A DNA stretch of 34,133 nucleotides from Vulcanisaeta sp. AZ3 (lineage in GTDB: Archaea; Thermoproteota; Thermoprotei; Thermoproteales; Thermocladiaceae): contig JZWU02000014.1 of NCBI GenBank assembly GCA_000960865.2, positions 1-34,133 of the forward strand. The letters are read 5' to 3'. Of this stretch, positions 1-8,698 are shown piece by piece. The notes beneath the pieces are model-generated. The model was not told the origin of the DNA, made no database searches, and was given only the letters and a program-made list of their open reading frames with translations. Both the position numbers and the translations under genes were made by a program. How positions within the stretch are numbered: the first letter of the stretch is position 1; each line of letters starts with the position of its first letter.

Positions 1-765
1 GGCGATAGGCCCAGCGTGTAATTCAGGTATTGTTACGGCGCTTACCGAATCCTTGCCATGAAGCATGAACAAGTGAACCTTAGCATCCTTGATAATTGCC
101 TTCCTACTCAATTCTCTCTCGAAGGGTTCAGGGTACTCAAAGAGGGCTGCATATAGATATGAACTAAATAGCCTCAATATGTCTATACCCCCGTATGATG
201 TTTCGAACTTAAAAACCACGTAATAAATGAATAGGAGAGAGAATGCGTAAAAGATTGAGTCTAGGGCTATGAACTTAATTATATTAACAGTACCAATTAA
301 TGCATACGATGCAAACTGCACTATTAGGATTCCAGGCAATGTATACAGTGGGTAAATTATGTACCTCCTTAAGGAGTTGCCATTATTCTCAATCCCCCTC
401 AATGCCATCATCATTGCACTGAGTGGTAACACTGATGATAGTACTCCAAAACCAACAATGAACCTACGGGTTACCAGAGTTACGAGCAAGTCAATAAATA
501 CCGCAAAGGCGGTATTGAGTAATGATGTTGTGGTACCAAAGCCTCTGTAGGATGGTGTGAATGTTGCAGCCCTTAATGATATGAGCACCGTTAGGAAAAT
601 AAGGCCGTAAATAATTAATGACTTTACATACATAATAACCGATACGTGAGCATAAAGGCTCATTATGAATGGAATAACTACCAAGGTAATCAGCAGTAAG
701 TACCTTGACGATCCAACCCCCCTAAATACCATTGTATACCCTCGCTCAAACGATCTACCACTCAC
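1..765 (-). CDS. DUF2070-like multi-pass membrane protein (3' end runs off window)
   Basis: Not in the ORF track; translated by hand: GTG at 765 (in-frame TGA at 769-771) gives VSGRSFERGYTMVFRGVGSSRYLLLITL..., several hydrophobic segments, and ...VTIPELHAGPIA at the window edge, resembling the DUF2070 P-x-x-H-x-G-P motif. TTTAAA box at 792-797. Confidence 0.65.
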   Translation of the reverse strand, partial: MSGRSFERGYTMVFRGVGSSRYLLLITLVVIPFIMSLYAHVSVIMYVKSLIIYGLIFLTVLISLRAATFTPSYRGFGTTTSLLNTAFAVFIDLLVTLVTRRFIVGFGVLSSVLPLSAMMMALRGIENNGNSLRRYIIYPLYTLPGILIVQFASYALIGTVNIIKFIALDSIFYAFSLLFIYYVVFKFETSYGGIDILRLFSSYLYAALFEYPEPFERELSRKAIIKDAKVHLFMLHGKDSVSAVTIPELHAGPIA

Positions 766-798
766 TCGTCAACATCCCTGAACCTAGCCTATTTAAAG

Positions 799-811
799 GT
801 GACTTTGTCAC
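799..811. promoter_or_regulatory. Inverted repeat GTGAC-TTT-GTCAC just upstream of the TATA box of the DUF2070-like gene
   Basis: Seen directly; abuts TTTAAA at 792-797. Function inferred only. Confidence 0.3.
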
Positions 812-847
812 AACTAGCAAATAATCAGCAATACTAGGCCTACATGA

Positions 848-2149
848 TTAATGCCCATCATGCTGAACTAACTCTAGGAGGACGCCATTCAACGACCTAG
901 GATGTATGAAAACCACAATACCCTCAGCACCAACACTGGGCTGCCCAACAACCTCAAGCCCAGCTTCCCTGGCTAGCTCAATAAAGCTCTCCAAGTCATC
1001 AACCGATAAGGCAATATGATGAAGGCCCTCACCCCTCTTTTCAATGAATTTGGATGCAGTAGTATTAGGGCCCAGGGGTTCGATAAGTTCTATCCTAGCA
1101 TTATTATTGAGTAACACCATGTATACCTTAACACCCTGTCCCTCAACCACTACTGGACCCTTAACCCTAAACCCCAACTTACGATACTTCCCCACAGCGT
1201 CCTCCGCACTCTTAACAGCCACCGCCACATGATCAAGTCTCACACCACCTAGACCAAGAACTTCCCTAGCCGCCACTAAAGGTGATTTCATACCATTCAT
1301 TACAGATTTCACTAAGTCCTCATTCTCATCAATTATTCCATCCAATAATTCATGAGCATGAAGTCTCATCTCCGCAACCCTCCTCTTCCTAAGAGTCTCC
1401 TCTAAGACCCTTCTATCCTTAAGGACTTTAAACCTCTCATCTAACCTGGCTATTAAGTCATCAATACCAATACCATAAAGGCCTGATACCTTAAGGACCA
1501 TGGGCCTCCACCCCTCCCTAACCTGGCTCATGACCTCTGCCATTGCCGTTAAATCCCTATACACAGACTCCGAGGCTTGGTTATCGGATTTAGAAGCTAT
1601 GTATATGTCACCAATCTCCATAAGCCCACTCTTCAATGCTTGAATTTCATCACCAGATAATGGTGGGACTAGGACGAGAATTGTGTCAGCGACATGCCTA
1701 ACATCAGTATCCGTCTGACCAGCACCAACAGTCTCTAGGAATACATAATCAACACCCACATATTCAAATAAGTCCAGGGAAGCTACAGTGGCGTAGTTAA
1801 GCCCACCCCTATTACCTCTGGTCGCCATACTCCTAATGTAAATATTAGGCTTCATAGTTAGGTCTTGCATCCTAATCCTATTACCCATGAATGAACCACC
1901 ACTGAAGGGGCTAGAGGGATCAACAGTGAGTATAGCAACTCTCTTATCCTCAGAGAGTCTTCGAGCCAAGGCGTATATTAAAGTGCTTTTACCAGCACCA
2001 GGTGGCCCTGTAACGCCAATGACATGAGTCTTCCTGGCGATCTTGAGGTTTAGGTCGTATCCATCCTCGATGAGGCTTATTAACTTAGCTATGGCCGCCT
2101 TATCCCAATTTCTAGCCTTGTTGAGTAATTCATCAATATTAATACTCAT
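848..2149 (-). CDS. meaB-mce: MeaB/ArgK-family GTPase fused to C-terminal methylmalonyl-CoA epimerase (VOC fold)
   Basis: N-terminal GVTGPPGAGKST, VDPSSPFSGG...GNRIRM, ETVGAGQ, LKSGLMEIGD (MeaB). C-terminal LDHVAVAV, IELIEP, GEGLHHIAL, FIHP..LNGVLLELVQ (epimerase metal ligands). Confidence 0.9.
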   Translation of the reverse strand: MSINIDELLNKARNWDKAAIAKLISLIEDGYDLNLKIARKTHVIGVTGPPGAGKSTLIYALARRLSEDKRVAILTVDPSSPFSGGSFMGNRIRMQDLTMKPNIYIRSMATRGNRGGLNYATVASLDLFEYVGVDYVFLETVGAGQTDTDVRHVADTILVLVPPLSGDEIQALKSGLMEIGDIYIASKSDNQASESVYRDLTAMAEVMSQVREGWRPMVLKVSGLYGIGIDDLIARLDERFKVLKDRRVLEETLRKRRVAEMRLHAHELLDGIIDENEDLVKSVMNGMKSPLVAAREVLGLGGVRLDHVAVAVKSAEDAVGKYRKLGFRVKGPVVVEGQGVKVYMVLLNNNARIELIEPLGPNTTASKFIEKRGEGLHHIALSVDDLESFIELAREAGLEVVGQPSVGAEGIVVFIHPRSLNGVLLELVQHDGH

Positions 2150-2177
2150 CAGTAATTATTACCTAATGGCACTATAA

Positions 2178-2585
2178 TTACTTTTCCTCAACCACCCTCA
2201 CACCAATGAGCCTCCTCACAATGTCTATTATCTCCTTAAGTGGCGTACCAGGGCCATAAACACCAGCAACCCCCATCCTCAGTAGGGCATCCCCATCCTC
2301 AGGTGGTATTATACCACCAACAAGCACAGGGATATTAACCCCTCTCTCCCTCATAACCTTCATCAACTCACCAATAAGCTCCATGTGAGAGCCAGACAAT
2401 ATACTAACACCAATCAACTGAGCATCCTCTTGAATAGCAGTCTCAACAACCTGACTTGGAGTCTGTCGAATACCAGTATAAACAACCTCAAAGCCAGCCT
2501 CAGCAAGTGCCCTGGCAATTACCTTAGCCCCCCTGTCATGCCCATCAAGGCCTAGTTTAGCTATTATAACCTTTGGCTTAGGCAT
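2178..2585 (-). CDS. mcmB: Methylmalonyl-CoA mutase small subunit (cobalamin-binding domain)
   Basis: GLDGHDRGAK (DxHxxG His-on motif), SILSGSH, VGGIIP; adjacent to the large subunit. Confidence 0.95.
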   Translation of the reverse strand: MPKPKVIIAKLGLDGHDRGAKVIARALAEAGFEVVYTGIRQTPSQVVETAIQEDAQLIGVSILSGSHMELIGELMKVMRERGVNIPVLVGGIIPPEDGDALLRMGVAGVYGPGTPLKEIIDIVRRLIGVRVVEEK

Positions 2586-2664
2586 TTACATTAAACTGTA
2601 ATATTTACCTAAAAAATTTTCCGCCTAAACCTCTAAGCTTAAGAATGAGAAATCATAAATACCC

Positions 2665-4335
2665 TTAGAAAATACTGGGCGGCTTATACTCACCCCAAAC
2701 CTCCCTGAGAACGCCGGAAATTTCACCTAGAGTAGCCCTGGCCCTAACTGCCTCAAGTATGTACGGGAATATATTCACATCCTCCTTATCAGCAGCCCTC
2801 CTTAACTCATCCAAGGCTCTTCTCCAAGCCTCCTTATCACGATTCTCCCTAACCTCCCTAACCCTCCTAATACTCCTGTCCCTCGAGGCAGGATCAACCT
2901 TATGAAGCTCTATATGAAGCTTCTCCTCCTCTCTAAATGCATTAACTCCGATGATTTGTATTTTTCCATCCTCAACCATCTTCTGATATTGATAGGCCGA
3001 CTCAGCAATGGCCCTCTGTGGGTAACCAATCTCCACAGCCTTCGTCATACCACCCAACCTATCAATCTGATCTATTAGCTTCATAACCTCCTCCTCAATC
3101 GTATCAGTCAACCACTCAATGTAATAAGAACCACCCAACGGGTCTATAGAATCAACAACACCACTTTCATAGGCAATGACCTGCTGAACCCTAAGCGCAA
3201 GCTTGACAGAACTCTCGGTAGGTAATGCCAAGGCCTCATCATAAGCATTCACATGGAGCGACTGGGCACCACCTAAGACCGCTGCTAACGCCTGTATAGT
3301 AGTCCTTATTATATTAACCTCAGGCTGCTGGGCTGTTAAGGCCGCACCAGAGGTCTGCACGTGGAATTTCATCCTCATGGACTCAAGCTTCCTAGCTCCA
3401 AACCTCTCCCTCATGATTCTGGCGTATAACCTCCTCACAGCTCTGAACTTGGCAACCTCCTCAAAGAGGTTTGTTGTGGATGCAAAGAAGAAGGAAAGGT
3501 TTGGTGCGAATTCATCAACATCCATCTTCCACCTATTAATAACCCAATTAGTATACTCAATGGCATCCGCCAATGTAAAGGCAGCCTCCTGGACAGCCGT
3601 GGCACCAGCCTCCCTAAAATGATAACCACTTATACTTATTGGGTGCCACTTAGGCATGTTCTTGGCTGTGTAGGCAATAATGTCCACGGCATATCTCATA
3701 GAGTGGAGTGGTGGGTATATGTAGAGGTTCCTGGCTATGAACTCCTTTAGTATGTCATTCTGTATTGTACCATCCAATATCGCCTTATCAATACCCATAC
3801 TCTCAGCTACCACTACGTACATGGAGAGTACCTCGGCAGCCGTGGCATTTATAGTGAATGACGTAGTTATCCTACCAATATCTATACCATTGAATAATAT
3901 GGACATAGAAACAATCTCAGGCACTGAAACACCCACCTTGCCAACCTCAGGATAGGCAAGCTCATGATCAGGATCAAGACCCAATTGAGTTGGTAAGTCA
4001 AAAGCTACGCTCAAGCCCGTCTGACCCTGAGATATGAGGAACTTATACCTCCTATTCGTATCCTCAGGCGATCCAAAGCCTGAGTACTCCCTAAATGTCC
4101 ATAACCTAGAACGATACATACTTGGATATATACCCCTCGTAAATGGGTACTCCCCCGGAAAACCAAGACTCTCTAGGTAATCCCCCTTAACGTCTAGGGG
4201 TGTATATAAAGGCTTAATGTCAACACCGAAGGAGGCAGTGAATTTACGCCATTCTGGAATTTTCTTAAGAGTTGGTATTAGGAATTCCCTAACCCACTCA
4301 TCATACTTCTCCCTAAGCCTCTCCGCATCAACCAT
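2665..4335 (-). CDS. mcmA: Methylmalonyl-CoA mutase large (catalytic) subunit
   Basis: PGEYPFTRGIY, WTFREYSGF, GLSVAFDLPTQ, QNDILKEFIARN, SISGYHFREAG, GGAQSLH, DPLGGSYYIE. Tyr (REYSG) and Arg (FIARN) specificity residues match methylmalonyl-CoA mutase rather than isobutyryl-CoA mutase. Confidence 0.96.
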   Translation of the reverse strand: MVDAERLREKYDEWVREFLIPTLKKIPEWRKFTASFGVDIKPLYTPLDVKGDYLESLGFPGEYPFTRGIYPSMYRSRLWTFREYSGFGSPEDTNRRYKFLISQGQTGLSVAFDLPTQLGLDPDHELAYPEVGKVGVSVPEIVSMSILFNGIDIGRITTSFTINATAAEVLSMYVVVAESMGIDKAILDGTIQNDILKEFIARNLYIYPPLHSMRYAVDIIAYTAKNMPKWHPISISGYHFREAGATAVQEAAFTLADAIEYTNWVINRWKMDVDEFAPNLSFFFASTTNLFEEVAKFRAVRRLYARIMRERFGARKLESMRMKFHVQTSGAALTAQQPEVNIIRTTIQALAAVLGGAQSLHVNAYDEALALPTESSVKLALRVQQVIAYESGVVDSIDPLGGSYYIEWLTDTIEEEVMKLIDQIDRLGGMTKAVEIGYPQRAIAESAYQYQKMVEDGKIQIIGVNAFREEEKLHIELHKVDPASRDRSIRRVREVRENRDKEAWRRALDELRRAADKEDVNIFPYILEAVRARATLGEISGVLREVWGEYKPPSIF

Positions 4336-4380
4336 TATAAAATTACAAATAAATAATTATTAATAAATCTGTCCTCAAAC

Positions 4381-4992
4381 CTACCCATTACTTAGTAAAT
4401 AATTCACTGCATCATCAACAGACCTAAACACACGACCACCAAGACAATAAATCGCCTGAGCCACCAACTTATCAGAATGATTAAGAACACTTATTATATT
4501 CATGACCCGCTGTTGATGCTTATCCGAGTATTCATCTAACAATGACACCGCTACCCTACCACATTCCCTAAGCTTAACCCTTATCGAATCAATGGCCTGT
4601 AATTCGGGAGTTACGGCAATGACCCAACCAAGAGGCCCCTTAAATCCACGACATAACTCCATCATCTTACTCATTAAGGCATTTTCAACCTCCCTAACTC
4701 TATCAAACCTCTCATCAGTACCCTGGACCAGGTACGCATTTAATTGCATTGAGAGAGCCATTACAATGGAAGCTAATACACCTACATTACCCCCGTTGAA
4801 GTTTATCCTAGCGTTATTGGCTATGTTTGTAAGCTCATCAAGACACCCCATTAACCTTATCACCGGGCCATCCTTCCTAACCCTAACCCTTTCACCGAAG
4901 AATGGTATTACGCTGTAACCACCATCACCAGGGCACTTAATCTCATCATCAACCTCCTTACAATCCATGAATAGTGGTAACTTACAATCCAT
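4381..4992 (-). CDS. Divergent PduO-type ATP:cob(I)alamin adenosyltransferase-like protein
   Basis: GDGGYS...GERVRVRKDGPVIRLMGCLDELTN matches the PduO pattern GDxGxT...GxRVxKD...GxxDELN; directly upstream of mcmA. Confidence 0.7.
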   Translation of the reverse strand: MDCKLPLFMDCKEVDDEIKCPGDGGYSVIPFFGERVRVRKDGPVIRLMGCLDELTNIANNARINFNGGNVGVLASIVMALSMQLNAYLVQGTDERFDRVREVENALMSKMMELCRGFKGPLGWVIAVTPELQAIDSIRVKLRECGRVAVSLLDEYSDKHQQRVMNIISVLNHSDKLVAQAIYCLGGRVFRSVDDAVNYLLSNG

Positions 4993-5028
4993 TGTTAATT
5001 GCTTTTACAATTTTCCACTAATATTCTT

Positions 5029-6870
5029 TTAGTCAACCATACCTACCCTTGATTCAAGTGTCGGTATTACGAAGTCAAGCCCAAGCTGCTTAAGCGTTGA
5101 TTTCCTTGGAACACCATTATTATCCCAACCCCTCAACTCATAATACCAACTGAGCATGTTCTGATATCCATCATAATTCAGCACAGCGCCCTTCAATGGA
5201 CCCTTCGTTAATGGTCTCTTAAACCACTTAGCCGGTGGTGTGTCGTAAGCCCTATCCCAATGTCCATATTCCCTAACCCAAAAGGCCCTAATTAATGTAT
5301 ATATCCTATTATTTATTGTATGTAGTAACTCCATATTCATATCCATTCCTGTGGCAGCCTTGAACAATCTAAAATACCAATCAAGCTCAAGACCCACCTC
5401 AACCCATGGAAATCTGCACGTAACTATTGTCTCGAAAAGACCACCCCTAATGTCCTGCATCTCCACGAGCTTCTCAACCTTATCCCTCGAATAATCAAAC
5501 CTACCTCTCTGAACCTCCCAAGATATGAGCCATGCATCCTTATGGTGAGCACCAATGGGACTTGTGGAGAAGGCGAGGGCCATCCCAGGTGCTGCATGGC
5601 AGTCATAAGCGCTTGTTTCAAGTCCCTTAACATGCATTGCGAATTCAGGGGCATCCTTACCAATCCTAGTGGCGGCCTCCCTAACACCTAATCCTAATAA
5701 TTTACCTAGTTCAGTCTCTTGGAAGGCTATATCTTCGATTAATTCGGCCGCTCTCTTGTAATCGCCCCACTCAATGCCATCACTAATGTAACCCCTCTCA
5801 GTGGCTTCCATTGCTAAGCTTAATGTATCGCCTGTGGATATTGTATCTATGCCATACATATCAACTAACCTATTCAAATAAGCTACTTTGGCTAAATCCC
5901 CAATGCCAAGGTTGCTACCAAGTATCGCTATATTTTCATAATCTAACTCCGCAGGTTCATTAGTGACGTCCTTGACAACGTGACCACAAGGCATGATGCA
6001 CTGAGGGCATGACCTAGTCATTATTTTATTCTTCTCAACGGAGAAGCCACCTATCTTATCATAATCATCAAACTGGCCCTCACTAAAGTTATACGTGGGT
6101 AATACACTAGCCTCCTGAGCCCATTCGACGGTTGAAGTAGTACCTTGCCTCATCCAGAAGGGATAGTTGGACTTTGATTTTGTGGCTGTTATGGCATCAA
6201 CACCGATCTTCCTAAGCATTGGATCTGCAACCTTAATCTCCCCATGTCCCCTCATAACCACAGCCTTCAAATTCTTACTACCCATGACAGCCCCAATGCC
6301 AGGCCTACCACCGCTCCTACCCTTCTGGGCAACAATGGTTGCAAATCTAACTAGGTTCTCACCGGCCGGGCCTATCATCACCATACCCACATCACTACCA
6401 TGAATCTTCTTTAACCGATCCTCTGCGGTGAATGCGTCAAGGCCCCATAGATCCTCAGCACTATTGAAGTCAATCTTAATTTCATCACCTTTATTCTCAA
6501 TGAATAAGTACGTGGGCTTCTCAGCCTTACCCTCAATGATTATCATGTCAATACCAGCCCTCCTCATGTGCACTGCTAACCATGTACCGATATTACCATC
6601 ACCATAACCACCAGTCAATGGGCTCTTGGCAGCTACTACCAACTTCCCACTGTTTGGTATTGGTAACGCGGTTAGTGGGCCTACGGCAAGTATTAACTTA
6701 TTCAACGGACTCAATGGGTCTACACCAGGTGGTAACTCATCCCATAAGGTCTTTATTGCGAAACCCCTACCACCAATGTAGTCCTGAGCTAATGCTGGAT
6801 CTAGGGGTTGAATTACATACTTCTTCTTTGTTAAATCAATCCTTAATATTCGACTTCCCCATCCGAACAT
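5029..6870 (-). CDS. aor: Aldehyde:ferredoxin oxidoreductase (tungstopterin AOR family)
   Basis: ILRIDLT, YIGGRG, KSPLTGG, IGPAGENLVRFA, GRPGIGAVMGSKNLKA, CPQCIMPC, DYEN, GIDTISTG, YYELRGWD; 613 aa. Confidence 0.95.
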   Translation of the reverse strand: MFGWGSRILRIDLTKKKYVIQPLDPALAQDYIGGRGFAIKTLWDELPPGVDPLSPLNKLILAVGPLTALPIPNSGKLVVAAKSPLTGGYGDGNIGTWLAVHMRRAGIDMIIIEGKAEKPTYLFIENKGDEIKIDFNSAEDLWGLDAFTAEDRLKKIHGSDVGMVMIGPAGENLVRFATIVAQKGRSGGRPGIGAVMGSKNLKAVVMRGHGEIKVADPMLRKIGVDAITATKSKSNYPFWMRQGTTSTVEWAQEASVLPTYNFSEGQFDDYDKIGGFSVEKNKIMTRSCPQCIMPCGHVVKDVTNEPAELDYENIAILGSNLGIGDLAKVAYLNRLVDMYGIDTISTGDTLSLAMEATERGYISDGIEWGDYKRAAELIEDIAFQETELGKLLGLGVREAATRIGKDAPEFAMHVKGLETSAYDCHAAPGMALAFSTSPIGAHHKDAWLISWEVQRGRFDYSRDKVEKLVEMQDIRGGLFETIVTCRFPWVEVGLELDWYFRLFKAATGMDMNMELLHTINNRIYTLIRAFWVREYGHWDRAYDTPPAKWFKRPLTKGPLKGAVLNYDGYQNMLSWYYELRGWDNNGVPRKSTLKQLGLDFVIPTLESRVGMVD

Positions 6871-6954
6871 AGCAATGTCGAGAACTTCATGTCCTATGCC
6901 TTATATTAATATTTTTCGAATTCTCAGTTATATTAATTCAAGAATTTAGGAAAT

Positions 6955-7707
6955 CTAATCATTGATTACATATGCAAATTTATGACCATCAATATCCACA
7001 ACCCTAGCCTTAACTCCATAAAGCTCGCTCAATACATCATCCCTAATCACATCGTATGGAGAACCAACAGCCACCAATTCACCATTCCTAACAGCTACAA
7101 CCCAATCACTAGCCAACGCTACATCTATATCGTGGCTTGCAACCACCACCGCGGCCCCTCTCTCATCAACAATCCCCCTAAGGACGCGTATTATCCTGTA
7201 CTTATTACCTAAGTCAAGGTTTGACGTTGGTTCATCAATAAGCATTAATGGAGCTCCTGAAACCAGCGACTTGGCAATGAGGACCAATCTCTTCTGCCCA
7301 GTGCTCAGCTCATCAATTTTCCTCTTCATTAAGCCTTGAATACCCAGGTACCTTAGAATACTCAATGCATCATCCTCAGTAACCCAATTCACACCCTTCC
7401 TAGTGCTCAGTATTACATCTCTAACAGTCAATAGCATTTGAGAGTTTATCTCTGCTGGTGAGTATGACACGTACTTAGGCAAGTCGCTGATTTCTATGTT
7501 CCTGACGTCCTTACCATCGATAAAGACGTAACCGCCGAACACCTTAGCATACTTAATGAGGGATCTAAGGAGTGTGGTCTTTCCAGAGCCGTTGGGTCCA
7601 AGTATTGTTGTTAATCCTGGCCTTGGTATAGTGAGCGTTATGTCCTTAATTATTGATTCATCATAACCAATCCTCGCATTGATAAATCTAATGGCATAAC
7701 TACTCAT
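6955..7707 (-). CDS. ABC transporter ATPase, iron-chelate/cobalamin family (FepC/BtuD-like)
   Basis: Walker A GPNGSGKT, signature LSTGQ, Walker B LIDEP, SHD. ATG at 7707 preceded by GGAGGTG (7714-7720) and overlapping the permease 3' end. Confidence 0.92.
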   Translation of the reverse strand: MSSYAIRFINARIGYDESIIKDITLTIPRPGLTTILGPNGSGKTTLLRSLIKYAKVFGGYVFIDGKDVRNIEISDLPKYVSYSPAEINSQMLLTVRDVILSTRKGVNWVTEDDALSILRYLGIQGLMKRKIDELSTGQKRLVLIAKSLVSGAPLMLIDEPTSNLDLGNKYRIIRVLRGIVDERGAAVVVASHDIDVALASDWVVAVRNGELVAVGSPYDVIRDDVLSELYGVKARVVDIDGHKFAYVIND

Positions 7708-8698
7708 GGCGAGCACCTCCTAGCAAGATTAATAATGTGGGTACACCGAAGAGACTTGTTATTGCTGTTATCGGCATAATAACACCACTAACCAAAACCT
7801 TACTCACAATGTTTGCATAAAGCATTATTACGGAACCTGATATGAGTGACAAGGGCATTACCCTGGAATTATCCGAACCACCCACTAGAAAACGGGTTAT
7901 GTGCGGCGTCATTAAACCAACAAACCCTATCACACCCGTAAAAGAAACCGTTATAGCAGTAAGAACACCCACCAAAACAATCAATACAGCCCTCAATAAC
8001 CTAGGATTCACACCACTTGCCTGAGCCACATCATCATTCATCATTAGTAGGTTTAACTCACGGGAACTAAGTAGTAGGTATGCTATGATGGGTAGACTCA
8101 CAATCACCATCAAAACATCCTCATTCCAAGTAATACCACTTACGGTACCAAAGAGTAGGTAAATTACGGCAGGTATTGTTGGCACTAACGTTATTATGTA
8201 TGTGTCCAATATCATGACTAATGACGAAAACATTATGGACACCGCAATACCTGCAAGAATAAGCGACAACCAACCGCCCCTACCAAAAGCAATCACTAGG
8301 ATCGTAGCCACCATAGAACCAACAAATGAGAGAATCGGTATCAAGGTTACTGACTCTAAACCCCTAACTCTAAACACCGCAATTACTAAAAGCCCGAGTA
8401 ACGCCCCGAAGAGGGCGCCCGACGCAGTGCCAGTCACGTACGGCTCAGCAAGTGGATTCCTAAACACAGCCTGCATCACAGCACCAGATAGGGCCAGATT
8501 GACACCAACCATAATGCACGCGACGACCTCCGGCATCCTTATGTCAAACATTATAACTCTATACACACGCGACGGGTCTAACAAGGCGTTAATGGGTATG
8601 GCAATCTCACCAATGAGAATATTCAATAAAATGCCTAGGGCGAGTAGAGGTATGAAGACCCAGAGGAATTTTGAAATACTGCCTCCGATCGTGAGGGG
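7700..8698 (-). CDS. ABC transporter permease FecCD/BtuC family (start codon uncertain)
   Basis: IRMPEV, LSGAVMQAVFRNPLAEP, GTASGA, GVIGFVGLMTPH. The frame stays open upstream of TTG 8626 to 8698 and encodes the first TM helix (KFLWVFIPLLALGILLNILIG). Confidence 0.88.
   Translation of the reverse strand, partial: PLTIGGSISKFLWVFIPLLALGILLNILIGEIAIPINALLDPSRVYRVIMFDIRMPEVVACIMVGVNLALSGAVMQAVFRNPLAEPYVTGTASGALFGALLGLLVIAVFRVRGLESVTLIPILSFVGSMVATILVIAFGRGGWLSLILAGIAVSIMFSSLVMILDTYIITLVPTIPAVIYLLFGTVSGITWNEDVLMVIVSLPIIAYLLLSSRELNLLMMNDDVAQASGVNPRLLRAVLIVLVGVLTAITVSFTGVIGFVGLMTPHITRFLVGGSDNSRVMPLSLISGSVIMLYANIVSKVLVSGVIMPITAITSLFGVPTLLILLGGARHE

Noticed and set aside
359-550. 63-aa plus-strand ORF
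   Set aside because: Antisense shadow of the DUF2070-like gene, which the ORF track missed because it runs off the window.
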